A stretch of 64,000 bases of DNA from Histomonas meleagridis 2922-C6/04-290x (lineage: Eukaryota > Protista > Parabasalia): contig JAANOX010000069.1 in assembly GCA_020184695.1 (NCBI GenBank), positions 318,668-382,667 of the forward strand, written 5' to 3'. The notes beneath the pieces are model-generated. The model was not told the origin of the DNA. It was given only the letters and a program-made list of their open reading frames with translations, and searched no databases. A program made the translations under genes and the position numbers. Shown here one piece after another: positions 24,254 to 36,029 of this stretch (positions are counted from its first letter, which is position 1; the number at the start of each line of letters is the position of its first letter).

Positions 24254-25422
24254 TTTGTTTTTCTGCCGGAGGAGTGGCCGTGACAAAGGCTCAATTTTTT
24301 GGATGGTTTACATGTAAAATGTGTTCGTTTTTTGGAAAATTTGATTTTTTTCCTGTGATTGAGAAGATATTATTAGGAAAAATTAAAAACATTTTATGAT
24401 AAATGTTTGTTGATGAAGAATTTCTTTATAAACTTCATCAGAATAGCCTAAATTTAAAGATACAACTAGTGACCAATCTTGAGGCTGACCATCCACAAAT
24501 TCAAAACTTGTTTTCAATTGATTTTTCTGAATTAGTAAAAAGTGCTGCACACCTTTGATGACAGTTTTAAATAAACATCTGAAAAATTACGAAGCTTATC
24601 AACGTTTACTGGCGTATTTCAAGTTTTGAAAAATAAATTTTTGAACTTTACATATTTTGAAAACAACAATGTAGATCTAATAAACGGTCGTTTTGAATTA
24701 AAAAATTAATTTTTTCATTTCCTCTGAATTAAATATAATAAAATTGAAATAAATTTTTTTATATAAATGAAATTATACTGTTCAAATTTTGTTATCTTAT
24801 CTTTTTATGTGAACAATCTCCAAAACTTTTTTGGGTTTCAGAATTAAAAAAGAAGTTCAAATTCAAGATATATATGAGACTCAAGATACTTAATATTTTT
24901 TATGTTAATTTTAAGGGTTTATTTTACTTTTTTTAAATTACATGATTTTCAATATCTAATGATCAAAGCAAAAATCTGTTTTTACAAATTTTTTTGATTG
25001 AATTGTTGTGTAAGTAGAATGAATCCTGAAGCAATTCGTTCATGATTGGAGGCTCTAAACAAAAAAGAAAAAACAACTTTTTGAATTCATTGCAGTTTCT
25101 TTATTTTTTTTCAAGAAGATAATTAGATTCTTGTGATTGTAATGAGAAGATGACCAAAAACATTTATTATTCTATTTATATCTAAATTGCTTTTTTTTTT
25201 TTTTTTAACAAATAATAAGATTGAATAAATATGTAAAATGCATATTTATAAATATTAAAGTTGAATTAACAGATTATGAAATGTTATCTCCATTTAAATT
25301 TAAAATAATTTCCTCAATTTTTTGTAATATCTGTAGTAGATTTTTGTGTTTAATTTAATTACATTTCTTTTCCATTTCATTTGACACTTTTTATTTACTC
25401 GAACTTTAGTCACTATATAAAA

Positions 25423-27082
25423 ATGCGAAGTAATAAGAAGATCATTGGATGGAGAAAAATTACAAAATTATTGGAGTCCATTATTTTCACATTAGATAAA
25501 GATAACGTAGAATTATGTGCTCAATCAACAATAAATATATTTACAAAAGAATTTCCTTTTTCATTTTATCTTCTAGTTTGCAGGTATGTATATTCAGTAT
25601 TTAAATTCAAAAAACATGAGCCAATAATATATCTTAATTATTTACAATTAATTGAAAATATACAAGACAAAAAGGAATTAAGCAATCCAAAGATAATATC
25701 ATGTTTTTGTAAGTTTCTTGTTGAATTAAAAACACAAGAATCATATTATATACTTGGAAAGATGATTGGACAAAAATTAATTGAACCTCATTTTCGAACG
25801 GATTTAAAAGTTCCATATTTTTTACATTATAAAACAAAAGAAGTGATTTCAAATATTTAAGAAGAAGATATCGAACAATTTAGAATATATATTTGCGATC
25901 TTTACAAACATAATTTAAAAATTTATAAAAAGTATATCAACGAAGGAGTTAATTCAATGGATATTACATTATTTATTAGAAATGATGATCTTGAAAATTT
26001 ACAAGAAAAAGCATCACAAACAAACTTTAATTATAATCAAAAGACAGATCCACCAATATATGAAAAATGTTCTTTGATTTATCAAGAAAATGTTACATTA
26101 ATTGATTATGCAGCATTTTTTGGTTCACTTAAATGTTTTAAATATTTGCTAATGAATGGTGCAAATGTAAATAATTCACTTAAATATGCAGTTGCAGGAG
26201 GAAATATTGAAATTATTCATTTATGCGAACAAAATCACTCACCATGTAAAGACGTATTAGAAATAGCAATAGAATATCATAGAAATGATATTTTCCATTA
26301 TTTTTATGATAAAAAACATATAAATCAAAACGTTAAAACAAGTTTAGGAATTAAATGTATAAAATATTGTAATTATGAGCTTTTCACATTTTTGGAAAAT
26401 GAAGGATTGAAGATAAGTAATGAAATCATTTATGAATTTTTAAGAATTGGAAACATATTTGTGGTTAAAGATGTGAATTACAAATACTGTGATAGTTATA
26501 AAATTCTTCTTGCATTATCTGAATCAGGAAATTCATCCGAATGTTTTGAAATAATTTCTAAACTAGGAAAATATTTTGATGTTAATGAAAAAAATATTTT
26601 TTTGGTTAATTTGATTTTTTATATAATATCATGGAGATTATTCAAATTATTTTTGACACTACTTATGACAGCATGTTTAAATCGTAATATTAAGATTGTT
26701 AAGATTCTTTTAGATCAAAAAGAGACTGATATTAATGTTCCAAATGTATTATTTGTTATATCAATGTTTTTAACTATTGTTTTATGTATTTTAAAATAAT
26801 CTTATGTTTGTTTAATTTGATTGGTTGTGCTTTTAATATTGCTTATTTTAATGGTGATGCTGGTATTGTAAAATTGTTTCTTGAAAGAGAAGATACTGAT
26901 TTTGAGCAAACTGATGTTTATTGATTTTATTTGAGGTTTGTTGTCATAATTATATGTATATTTTACTTAATTGGAATTTCTTCATATTATTTTATGGCGT
27001 ATTCTATTACGCCTTTCCAGGCGATGAGGTTTATGATTTGCTGCAAGATGCATATTATAAAAAATATGGATGCTATTTTTGA
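25423..27082 (+). CDS. DUF3447-type ankyrin protein with 3 spacer trains (11 spacers); one in-frame TAA at 25858
   Basis: ORFs 25381 and 25957 are in the same frame across a single TAA. Trains at 26596-26655, 26746-26825 and 26916-26995 give KNDGLTLL, PNNYYGCAF and TDEYGYGVFYYA. Confidence 0.7.
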
Positions 27083-27439
27083 CATCCAATTGTTGATGAT
27101 ATCATCAAAATAGATTATATATTAGACATTTGATTATAAATAAATCACATGTGTCTCATTCTAGCTTTTCCATAAAAGTACATTAAATTGTAATACAAGT
27201 AGTAAAAATTAATATTTTGGATACTTTATACTTTCGTTTTTTTAGGTTTAAAACTTAAGTATCTGTAAATGAACAAATAAATCACAAATTAATTTTTTCT
27301 TGAAACTTCAGCAAATGTGCCTTCTATAATAATAGAAATTTCATACAAAATCATTAATGAAGCAAGTACTTGCAATGCATACACATGATAAATATCAGAA
27401 ATTTATAGTTATCTTGTTTATGTCACAATAGCAGATCGC

Positions 27440-28075
27440 TTTAATTAATCGATGTATAAATATTAACATCAATTCCTTTCTCATTAAGAAGCAATAGTTA
27501 ACTATTTCTGTATGACCTCTATCAGAAGCTAAAATAAGTGGTATTTTAAATAAATTTAAATCCCATTTATTTTGATTTCGTATTGTATTTTCTCCTTGAG
27601 CAGATTCGATTTATTTGTTGTAAAAATGGTGATTTGAAATTTTGACTATATAACTGGTCATCCAACCACCATTTTTTGAGTGATATTGAATGCTTGTAAA
27701 AAAATATATCAGAAATTGTTGCAAATTACTTTGTGTGGATTAAAATATGAAATGTGGTTTTTGAGAAAAGTTAAAGTCATTGATTTTATGCGAGGAATTG
27801 ATAGAGAAGTGAGCAAGCCATTCAGTCGATTTGATGATCACAGGTATATCAAAAGTCCAAAAGCCAGGAGAAAGTAAATTAAGCTTTGGCTCTGTTGCAT
27901 TTCTAATTTCTGAAATTTCATCAATTTTTGAAATCCGTTGCGCAAGTATTTGTATAGTTAAAACATCATGAAGTTCATCAACCAAAGAATCATGTAGTGA
28001 TTTTATATCTCCTTGGATAATAACTTTTTTCAAAATGTCTCGCGCATATTCAACAAGGTCATTTTGTACATTCAT
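27440..28075 (-). pseudogene. Degenerate gene fragment ending in a single ankyrin repeat
   Basis: 111-aa ORF, then frameshifted sequence with FKIPLILASDRGHTEIV(K)LLLNEKGIDVN at about 27450-27550. Confidence 0.4.
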
Positions 28076-28362
28076 TTTTTTTAACGTTCACATTTTTCTT
28101 TTTTGAGGCACAAAACGAACAGCTCAAAATACTTGAATCATGCATTCAATTAAACAAATCGTAACTTTTTGATAATTTTACAACATCTGCCAAAAATTTC
28201 TTTGATTTCAAAGTTTAGTCTACCCAAAATTTCTTCAAATCAACAAATCTGAACTACAATCACATAAATCGATAAAAGAAGTAATTTCATCAAATTTTCA
28301 CTATAATTATGATGTTTTTATGAACATTTTGAGTTTGTTAAAGTAATTCCCTTTAAATTTTT

Positions 28363-30517
28363 TTATTGTAAATTTATATGGATTACATTTTGATAATGTA
28401 ATGATTTAGATGATGTTTTTCTTGAATTGATTTCAATATTATTAGTTTGTGTACTTATGTCAATATGTTTAGACCCAGAAATATTTTTGTTATTTGAATT
28501 TTTATGAGTATCTTCCTTGAATTTAAAATTATTTTGAAAACCATTTAATAACAAGAAGTTATTTTTGTTCGTTAATACACTAAAATCAAAGGTATTTGTA
28601 TTTACCTTTCTTTCATTTATTAATTTAACAGTTCCTGTATGACCATTTTCAGATGCTTTCATAAGTGCTGTTTGAAATAATTTAGATAATTTCCAAATAT
28701 TATTTTGTTATCCGAAATTATTAAAATAAATTTTAAATAAAACGAACAAATATCTTTAGCATTAATATCAATTCCTTCTTGTTCAAGAAGTAATTTAACT
28801 ATATCTATATGACCATTTTCAGATGCATACATAAGTGCTGTTTTAAATATTTTAAATAATTTCTAAATATTATTTTGAAATCCAAAATTATTAAAAGAAA
28901 TATCAAATAATATAAATAAATATCTTTATTATTAATATCAATTCCTTTTTGTTCGAGTAGTAATTTAACAATTTCTATATGACCATTTAATGATGCCAAA
29001 ATAAGTGGTGTTTGAAATAAAATAAATAGTTCGCAAATTTTATATGGAAATATAAAATTATAAAAGCAAATTTTAATGAAATCAAACAAACGCCTCTAGC
29101 TTTAATATCAATTCCTTTTTTTGTTCAAGAAGAAATTTAACTATTTCTATATGGCCATTTTCAGATGCTTTTAAAAATGCTGTCTCTAATAATTTATATA
29201 ATTTCCAAATATCATTTGTAAATAAAACATTAAAATAAGCATTAAATATAATTTTGAATTATACATAGCATTAATATTAATTTCTTTTAGTTCAAAAACA
29301 TATTTCACAAGTTCAATATTTCCTGATTCCGAAGAGAAAATAAAAATATCTTTTGGGGTTTGATTATTTTGAAGGAAATATTTAACAAGATATAAATTTC
29401 CGACTTTTGCTGCTTCATCAATAATACTATCATTTATTTTCAGCCCTACTCCTTGTAAAAATGAAAAAATTTCATAGTTTCCTGTTTTTATACATAAACA
29501 TCCCAAGTCATTGATATTGACTGGACAAGAATGTCCTTTTGACGAAAATTTACGTATTAAATATTGAGCATTTTCATATATTTGTTCTAATTTATTTTCA
29601 TAAACATACTTAAAGACATCATTTTGATGGAATTGAATTGCTGTTTCATATGATTCTTCAAATGATGAATGATTTTGTTCACATAAATGAAAGATTTCTA
29701 CATTTCCACTTGCAATTGCATATTTGCCTGTATTTCCTACACTTGCACCATTCATAAGTAAATATTTAAAACATTTTATAGAAGAAAAAAATGCTGCATA
29801 ATCAATTAATGTAACATTTCTTTGATTAATAAATGAACATCTTTCATAAACCGATTTTGGAATTGTTTGATTAAAATCGAAATCATTTTGTGATGATATT
29901 TCTTGAAGTTTTTCTATTTCATCATTTCGAATTATTTTTGCAATTTCATTTGGATTAACACCTTTTTTAATTAATTGCTTATGAAGTTCAAAATCATTCT
30001 TTGATAGTTCTTCATAAGTAAAAAATGCTTCATGAGGTGAAATATAAAATTTAGCATAAATATCAGGGTTTACTTTATAATGCATAAAATAAAATGATCG
30101 AATATTTTTAGTAATATTAGAATCAATCAAATTTCGTCTAATCATTTCCTCAAGTAAATAATATGATTCTTGAGAACCTATTTTACTTATATGATTACTA
30201 AAAATTTTTGTTATATTTGTAACATTTTTTTGAATTTCTTTTTCTTTTATTTGTATTGTTTCCAAATAATTTAAATATATATTAAGTTCGTTATTAGAAT
30301 AAAATGCAAAATAAACCAAATTACTAATAATTTTATTATATGAATATGGGAAATCTAAATCGAATAATTTCATTGTTTGATCAATTGTTAATTCAAAGTT
30401 ATCTTGAGTTAAATTAAAAATGATTTGTTCAAGTTTAAATAATAATTCCATGATTGTAGGTTTCGATTTAATATCATTATTTTCGAAGGTTTCGCTAATC
30501 TCGGAATGAGATTGCAT
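28363..30517 (-). CDS. DUF3447-type ankyrin protein with 4 spacer trains (about 16 spacers); homopolymer frameshift near 29120
   Basis: 443-aa ORF, then ankyrin exons. Trains at 29184-29263, 29012-29091, 28842-28921 and 28672-28751 give RGKYAQTPL, KDDWRKTAL and KDKRGQTAL (the first train is ambiguous). Confidence 0.75.
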
Positions 30518-31249
30518 TTGAAATTTTTTTTTGTGATTCTTGGGATTTTAAATGTTTTTGCATGACTTTTAATTGAAATGTTGGGGTTGCGAGACCTCAT
30601 AGAAAATATTGAATGAAAAAGGTTTATTTTCACAAAATGTTGCAATTTCCACAAAAAAGTTGTTGTAAAATCGCCAAAAAGCATGCTTTTCTCATGAAAC
30701 AAAGATAACATATATTTTCATCTTTTTCATGAAAAATTTTACTCTCCCATTGGAGCTTGAAAAGTAAAAATATTAAAATATTATCGCGGCAGTTTGAAAA
30801 TGATAAAAACCTTAAAATTAAATGCATTTTGGATTTATTTCAAATTTATATTTATAATGTTGCTTATAAACAACATCCATGAGCATTGGACAAAACAAAT
30901 TGGATTCAAGAATGGAAATCGTAAAGATTAGGATATATATAATTCAGATAATTATCGAATAGTTTAACGTCAGTGTCAGTTTACCAAAGTATTGTTACTG
31001 TTGATGGAGAGAACAAAAAAAATTTTATAAACAAATTAACTTATGGAACAAATTTGTTCCCTCTTTTCTTTTTTTCTTCCCGTTTTATGATTATTTGGGC
31101 AAATTCTTCAAATGGTTTTTCGACATTAATTCCCAAAAGTACAGAAGTTTCAAAAATGGAGCACTTAGCGAGCTAATCTTTTACCGTCGGATACAACCTA
31201 TACGAACATGTTATCCGTTTAACTACTGTCTCTATGAACATGTTATACA

Positions 31250-31545
31250 AAATAGCTGTTGTTTACCAACCGGGACATTTGCTTTACTAATACAAGATAA
31301 CGCGCTTTCAAGGTATAATACCTTTTTCCCCTTTCTCTTTCAACAGCTATATCAAAATGTACATCCCAAAAATTACTTACAAGTTTGATATCAAATTCAA
31401 TTTTTCTGTTGTTAAATGTGTGGAGTATTGGTAAACATTATCAATAGGCTTATATTGAAAATTAAGTTCTTGATAACGACCATTCACAGTATGTTAGACT
31501 TTGCCAAAACCAGTTTCGCCTAAAACGCAAACATTGAAGCGACAA
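31250..31545 (-). pseudogene. Possible Ras-superfamily GTPase relic
   Basis: NVCVLGETGFGK (G1-like) followed by a stop, then PIDNVYQY and FWDV (G3-like) in a shifted frame. Confidence 0.3.
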
Positions 31546-31858
31546 TTGTTCGAAACATTACTTTGCATGTTTTCATAACGTACCTAAATGATGTCATCAT
31601 TGCTTGTGGCACAATCAAAGGTTTACTGCATCTTCCTTCTTTCTTATAAAACCTAATGGTTCTGTACAGCGCTAGATTAAAATAATTTGACTAACATATA
31701 TTATTTGATCAGCACAAATAGCTACACGTAAGAACATTATAAATAGTTATTTTTTAAATAAACATGTCCCTAATTTACCCTTATGCGTAAAATTGAACGG
31801 TTTTATATACTAGTACTTTTTTGTAATTCAATTAAATTTTGATTTGACATTATATTTA

Positions 31859-34800
31859 ATGAATAAAAAACCAAAGCAAAATAAAAAGAAAAGAACATCT
31901 GAACTCAAATACCTACAAAAGATAGAAAAAATTATTTTTGATATAAAAAGAGATAATATTGAAGAAAATGTTAATCAATTATTGTTTTTATTTCACAAGA
32001 AAACTCAATACTCTTTTAATTATATTGTTTGTCAATTAATATATTCTTATATTTTATATAATACCAATGATGGTGAACTTTGTATTCAAATGCTTCAATT
32101 AATTCAAACTAAAGAAAAATATTGTTCTCGAATTTTTGATATTTTTACAAAAGTTCTCCTTAAATATAGCTCTAATGAATCATTATATCTTCTACATAGT
32201 ATGACTGAACGAAATATTATAGATAAAAGTATATTGTTACAATTTAAAGCAAAAGAATGTCCAAGTAAAGACAAATATTTAACAGAACTTTCGAATATTG
32301 ATATTGAACTTCAACGCAAATATGATAAAGAAGGAATAATCCAAATGAAATAGCAAAAGTAATTCGATTTGACGAACTTGAGGAACTTCAAGAAATAACA
32401 TCACAATCAAATTTTAATTTTAATGGATATATTGAACCATCATATTTTGAAAGATGTTCATTTATTAATGAAAAACATGTTTCATATATTGATTATGCAG
32501 CATTTTTTGGATCACTTGAATGTTTTAAATTTTTATTATTAAATAAACCAATCTTAACAAACACAGGTAAATATGCAGTTGCAGGCGGAAATTTAGAGAT
32601 CATTCATTTATGTGAACAACAAGGTGTAATATTTAAAGGTGCATATGAAGTATCAATTAAATTTCATCGAAATGATGTCTTTAAATATATTTATGATAAT
32701 AATTTTGAGAAATATAAAAAAATAGAAGAGTTAGCAAAGATATGTCTTTATTCATTTAATTTTGAAGTTTTCTCATTTTTACTTGAACAAGGGCTAACAA
32801 TTAATGAAGATATTATTAATCTATCAGTAAAAACAGGTAATTTATTTCTGACGAAATATTTCATCAGAAAAAATGAAATTCCAAAAGATATTTTAATTGA
32901 AGCAATAAATTCAGGAAATATTGAACTTGTTAAATATCTAATTGAGCAAGATGGAATTGATCTCTATTATGAAAACATATTTTTATTTTGTTTAATATTT
33001 GTTTTAATAATTTTATATTTCAATATTGATTTTAGAATATTATAATATCATTTGAATTTGCTCCTATTTGTGCATGTTTAAAAGGATATATTAATATTGT
33101 TAAATTTTTTATTTTAGAAAAAGGTGTAAATGTTAATATAAAAAATATTTTTTTAATATAATTAGTATAAATTTTTTAATGATTTTTATCATAATTTAAT
33201 GTTTATTTAATGAATTTTTTTCTCTTCTTCATGCAGCATGTTCAAATAACCATGTTGAAATTGTTCAATTTTTACTTGAGCAAAAAAATATTGATATTAA
33301 TGTGAGAACTATTTCTTGATTTGATTTATAACAGTTCTTATTTATTTTATGGTATTTCTTGAATTTAATTGATTCGGCAATTTTAATAGCAAGTAAAAAA
33401 GGTTATTTTGAAATTGTTCGTTTACTTGTTGAAAATGGATGTAATTTAAATTATAGGAATGTTAACTTATTAATCATAACGTTTATAAAAACATTTTTAT
33501 GTTTTATATCAAATTATGGATTTTTCATCAAAGTAATTAGAAACAGCAATAAACAAAGCATATGAAAACCAATATCATGATGTTTTTCAGTTCCTTTTTA
33601 ATCAGAATGATATTGATTTAAATGATAAAAATTTTTTTTCATTCTATTTGAAAATTTTTCATTATAAAATTTGGAGTTTTTTTTGATATATTTGAAACAC
33701 TGCTTTTGTTAGCAATTAAAAGAAATCAAAATAGATTTGTTAAATTAATTCTTGAGAAAAAAGGAATTGATTTCAATGCGAAAGATATCAATTTACTCTG
33801 TATAAAATTTATTTTAATAATTTGAAAATTCAAAATAATATTTGGGAATAATTTAAAATATTTAAGACAGCACTTATTTTAGCAGTAAAAAAAGGTGATA
33901 CAGAAATAGTTAAATTACTTCTTGAACAAGAAGGAATTGATATTAATAATAAAGATATTTATTCGTTTTATTTAAAATTTATTTTAATAATTTTCTATTT
34001 CAAAATAATATTTGCAAATTATTTAAATTATTTGATACAGCACTTATTTTAGCATCTTGGATGGGTCATACAGAAATAATTCAATTACTTCTTGAACAAG
34101 AAGGAATTTATATTAATGCTAAAAATATTTATTTGTTTTATTTAAAATTTATTTTAATATTTTGATATTTCAAAAATAATATTTGGAAATTATTTAAATC
34201 ATTTAAGACAGCACTTATTTACGCATCTGAAAATGGTCATACAGAAACTGTTAAATTACTTCTTGAACAAGAAGGAATTGATATTAATGCTAAAGATATT
34301 TATTTGTTTTATTTGATATTTCTTTTAATAATTTTGGATTTCAAAATAATATTTGGAAATTATTTAAATCATTTAAAACAGCACTTATGTTAGCATCATT
34401 AAATGGTCATATAGATATAGTTAAATTACTTCTTGAACAAGAAGGAATTGATATTAATGCTAAAGATATTTATTTGTTTTATTTAATATTTATTTTAATA
34501 ATTTTGGATAACAAAATAATATTTGGAAATTATCTAAATTATTTAGAACATCACTTATGAAAGCATCTGAAAATGGTCATATAGATATAGTTAAATTACT
34601 TCTTGAACAAGAAGGAATTGATATTAATGCTAAAGATATTTATTTGTTTTATTTAAAATTTATTTTAATAATTTTCTATTTCAAAATAATATTTGCAAAT
34701 TATTTAAATTATTTGATACAGCACTTATTTTAGCATCTTGGATGGGTCATACAGAAATAATTCAATTACTTCTTGAACAAGAAGGAATTTATATTAATGC

Positions 34801-34956
34801 TAAAAATATTTAATTGTTTTATTTAAAATTTATTTTAATATTTTGATATTTCAAAAATAATATTTGGTGATTATTCAAATTATTTAAGACAGCACTTAAG
34901 TTAGCAAACGAAAACAGAATAGAGCAACTGTCCAATTGCTTTCTGAACATAAATGA
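31859..34956 (+). CDS. DUF3447-type ankyrin protein with 12 spacer trains (about 45 spacers); 1-nt deletions near 32340 and 34920
   Basis: N-terminal domain and DUF3447 region, then ankyrin exons separated by trains at 32977-33056, 33147-33220, 33311-33373, 33461-33542, 33633-33696, 33787-33866, 33957-34036, 34127-34207, 34298-34377, 34468-34547, 34638-34717 and 34808-34888. Confidence 0.78.
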
Positions 34957-35066
34957 ATCAATTTGCAAAACTGTAAATAAATCAATTTGGGTGTTTGTTT
35001 ATTCAGTTTTGAGTGAAAAAAGAGGTAAATCAGAGTTCCTCAAACTAATGAAATAAACATATCCTG

Positions 35067-36029
35067 GTGAATTTGATTTTTATTAGATTATTATTAGGAA
35101 AAATAAATATAGAACGTAAATATAATAAAAAGTTATTTGGTTATGATATCAGAGATGAAATAGAATATCGATTAAATGAATTAAAACAAACTATTAATAG
35201 TTTAAAAATTGATGTTAATGTAATACTCTATTACAGATATTCAGATCTTATGTCAACACTAATGTATAAATATGGTTGCTTTGATAACGTATATGAATTA
35301 AGTGGTGATATTGCTAATAAACTTCGTTCAGAATGTAATTTTCAGAAAACTATATGGAAAAAAAAGCATTTAATAGGAAAATATTACTACATTGATCTTA
35401 ATGGTGCTTATATGAGTAGTGTTATATCAATACCTACTGGAAAACCTAATGATAAAGGTGAATTTGTTGGTAATAATCATTTAATAAAAGAACTTATTAC
35501 TAAATTATATAATATTAGAAAAGAAGATAAATTAAAAGGTAATGACAAGCTATCTACAACAATTAAATTTATGATGAATAGTTGTTGGGGAACTAGTATA
35601 AGATCTTATAAAAATTATGTTAATAAATTGATTAATAATTCTTCAATAAGTAAATATATTGATACTTACTCTCCTCCTTATGTAATAAAATATGATAATA
35701 ATTATGTTTCATTAGTAAATTCATTTAGAGAACATTATACGTTTCCACAGTTTGCTAAATCAGTATTAGATAACTTTAATAAAAAAATGAATGATATTTA
35801 TAATCTTGTTGATAAAGTATATTATTCAAAAGTTGATTTTTTATTGATATCTGAAAACGATTTTAATAAATTAAATGATATGGGATATATAGGTAATGAA
35901 TTAGGATTATTTAAAATAGAATATATTTTCGATGAAGTATTTATTTATAGTGCTAATAATTGGATTGGAAAAAAGATTAATGGATCGCAGACAAGCTGCT
36001 CCGCTGCGCCTAAGGATGGGTATCGATAA
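35067..36029 (+). mobile_element. Degenerate family-B DNA polymerase fragment (Maverick/Polinton- or virus-derived)
   Basis: YIDLNGAYMS (motif A-like), KFMMNSCWG (motif B), YSKVDF (degenerate YxDTDS) and IGNELGLFKIE. 5' truncated. Confidence 0.7.

Noticed and set aside
14460-25860. TAA/TGA stop-codon reassignment suggested by lone in-frame stops
   Set aside because: Long housekeeping ORFs (up to about 900 aa) have no internal stops and end in TAA. The lone stops are confined to transposons and expanded families.
31347-31380. GTAAGT...ATAG candidate intron
   Set aside because: No CTAAC next to the 3' end, and it lies in a decayed region where it does not restore a convincing frame.
33787-34888. 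One contiguous non-canonical intron of 34/48/68 nt per ankyrin repeat
   Set aside because: This was my first model. It puts Phe at the conserved Gly position and leaves in-frame TAA in several 3' exons (e.g. near 20780, 33534, 56903). The 17+3 parse removes the stops and restores Gly.
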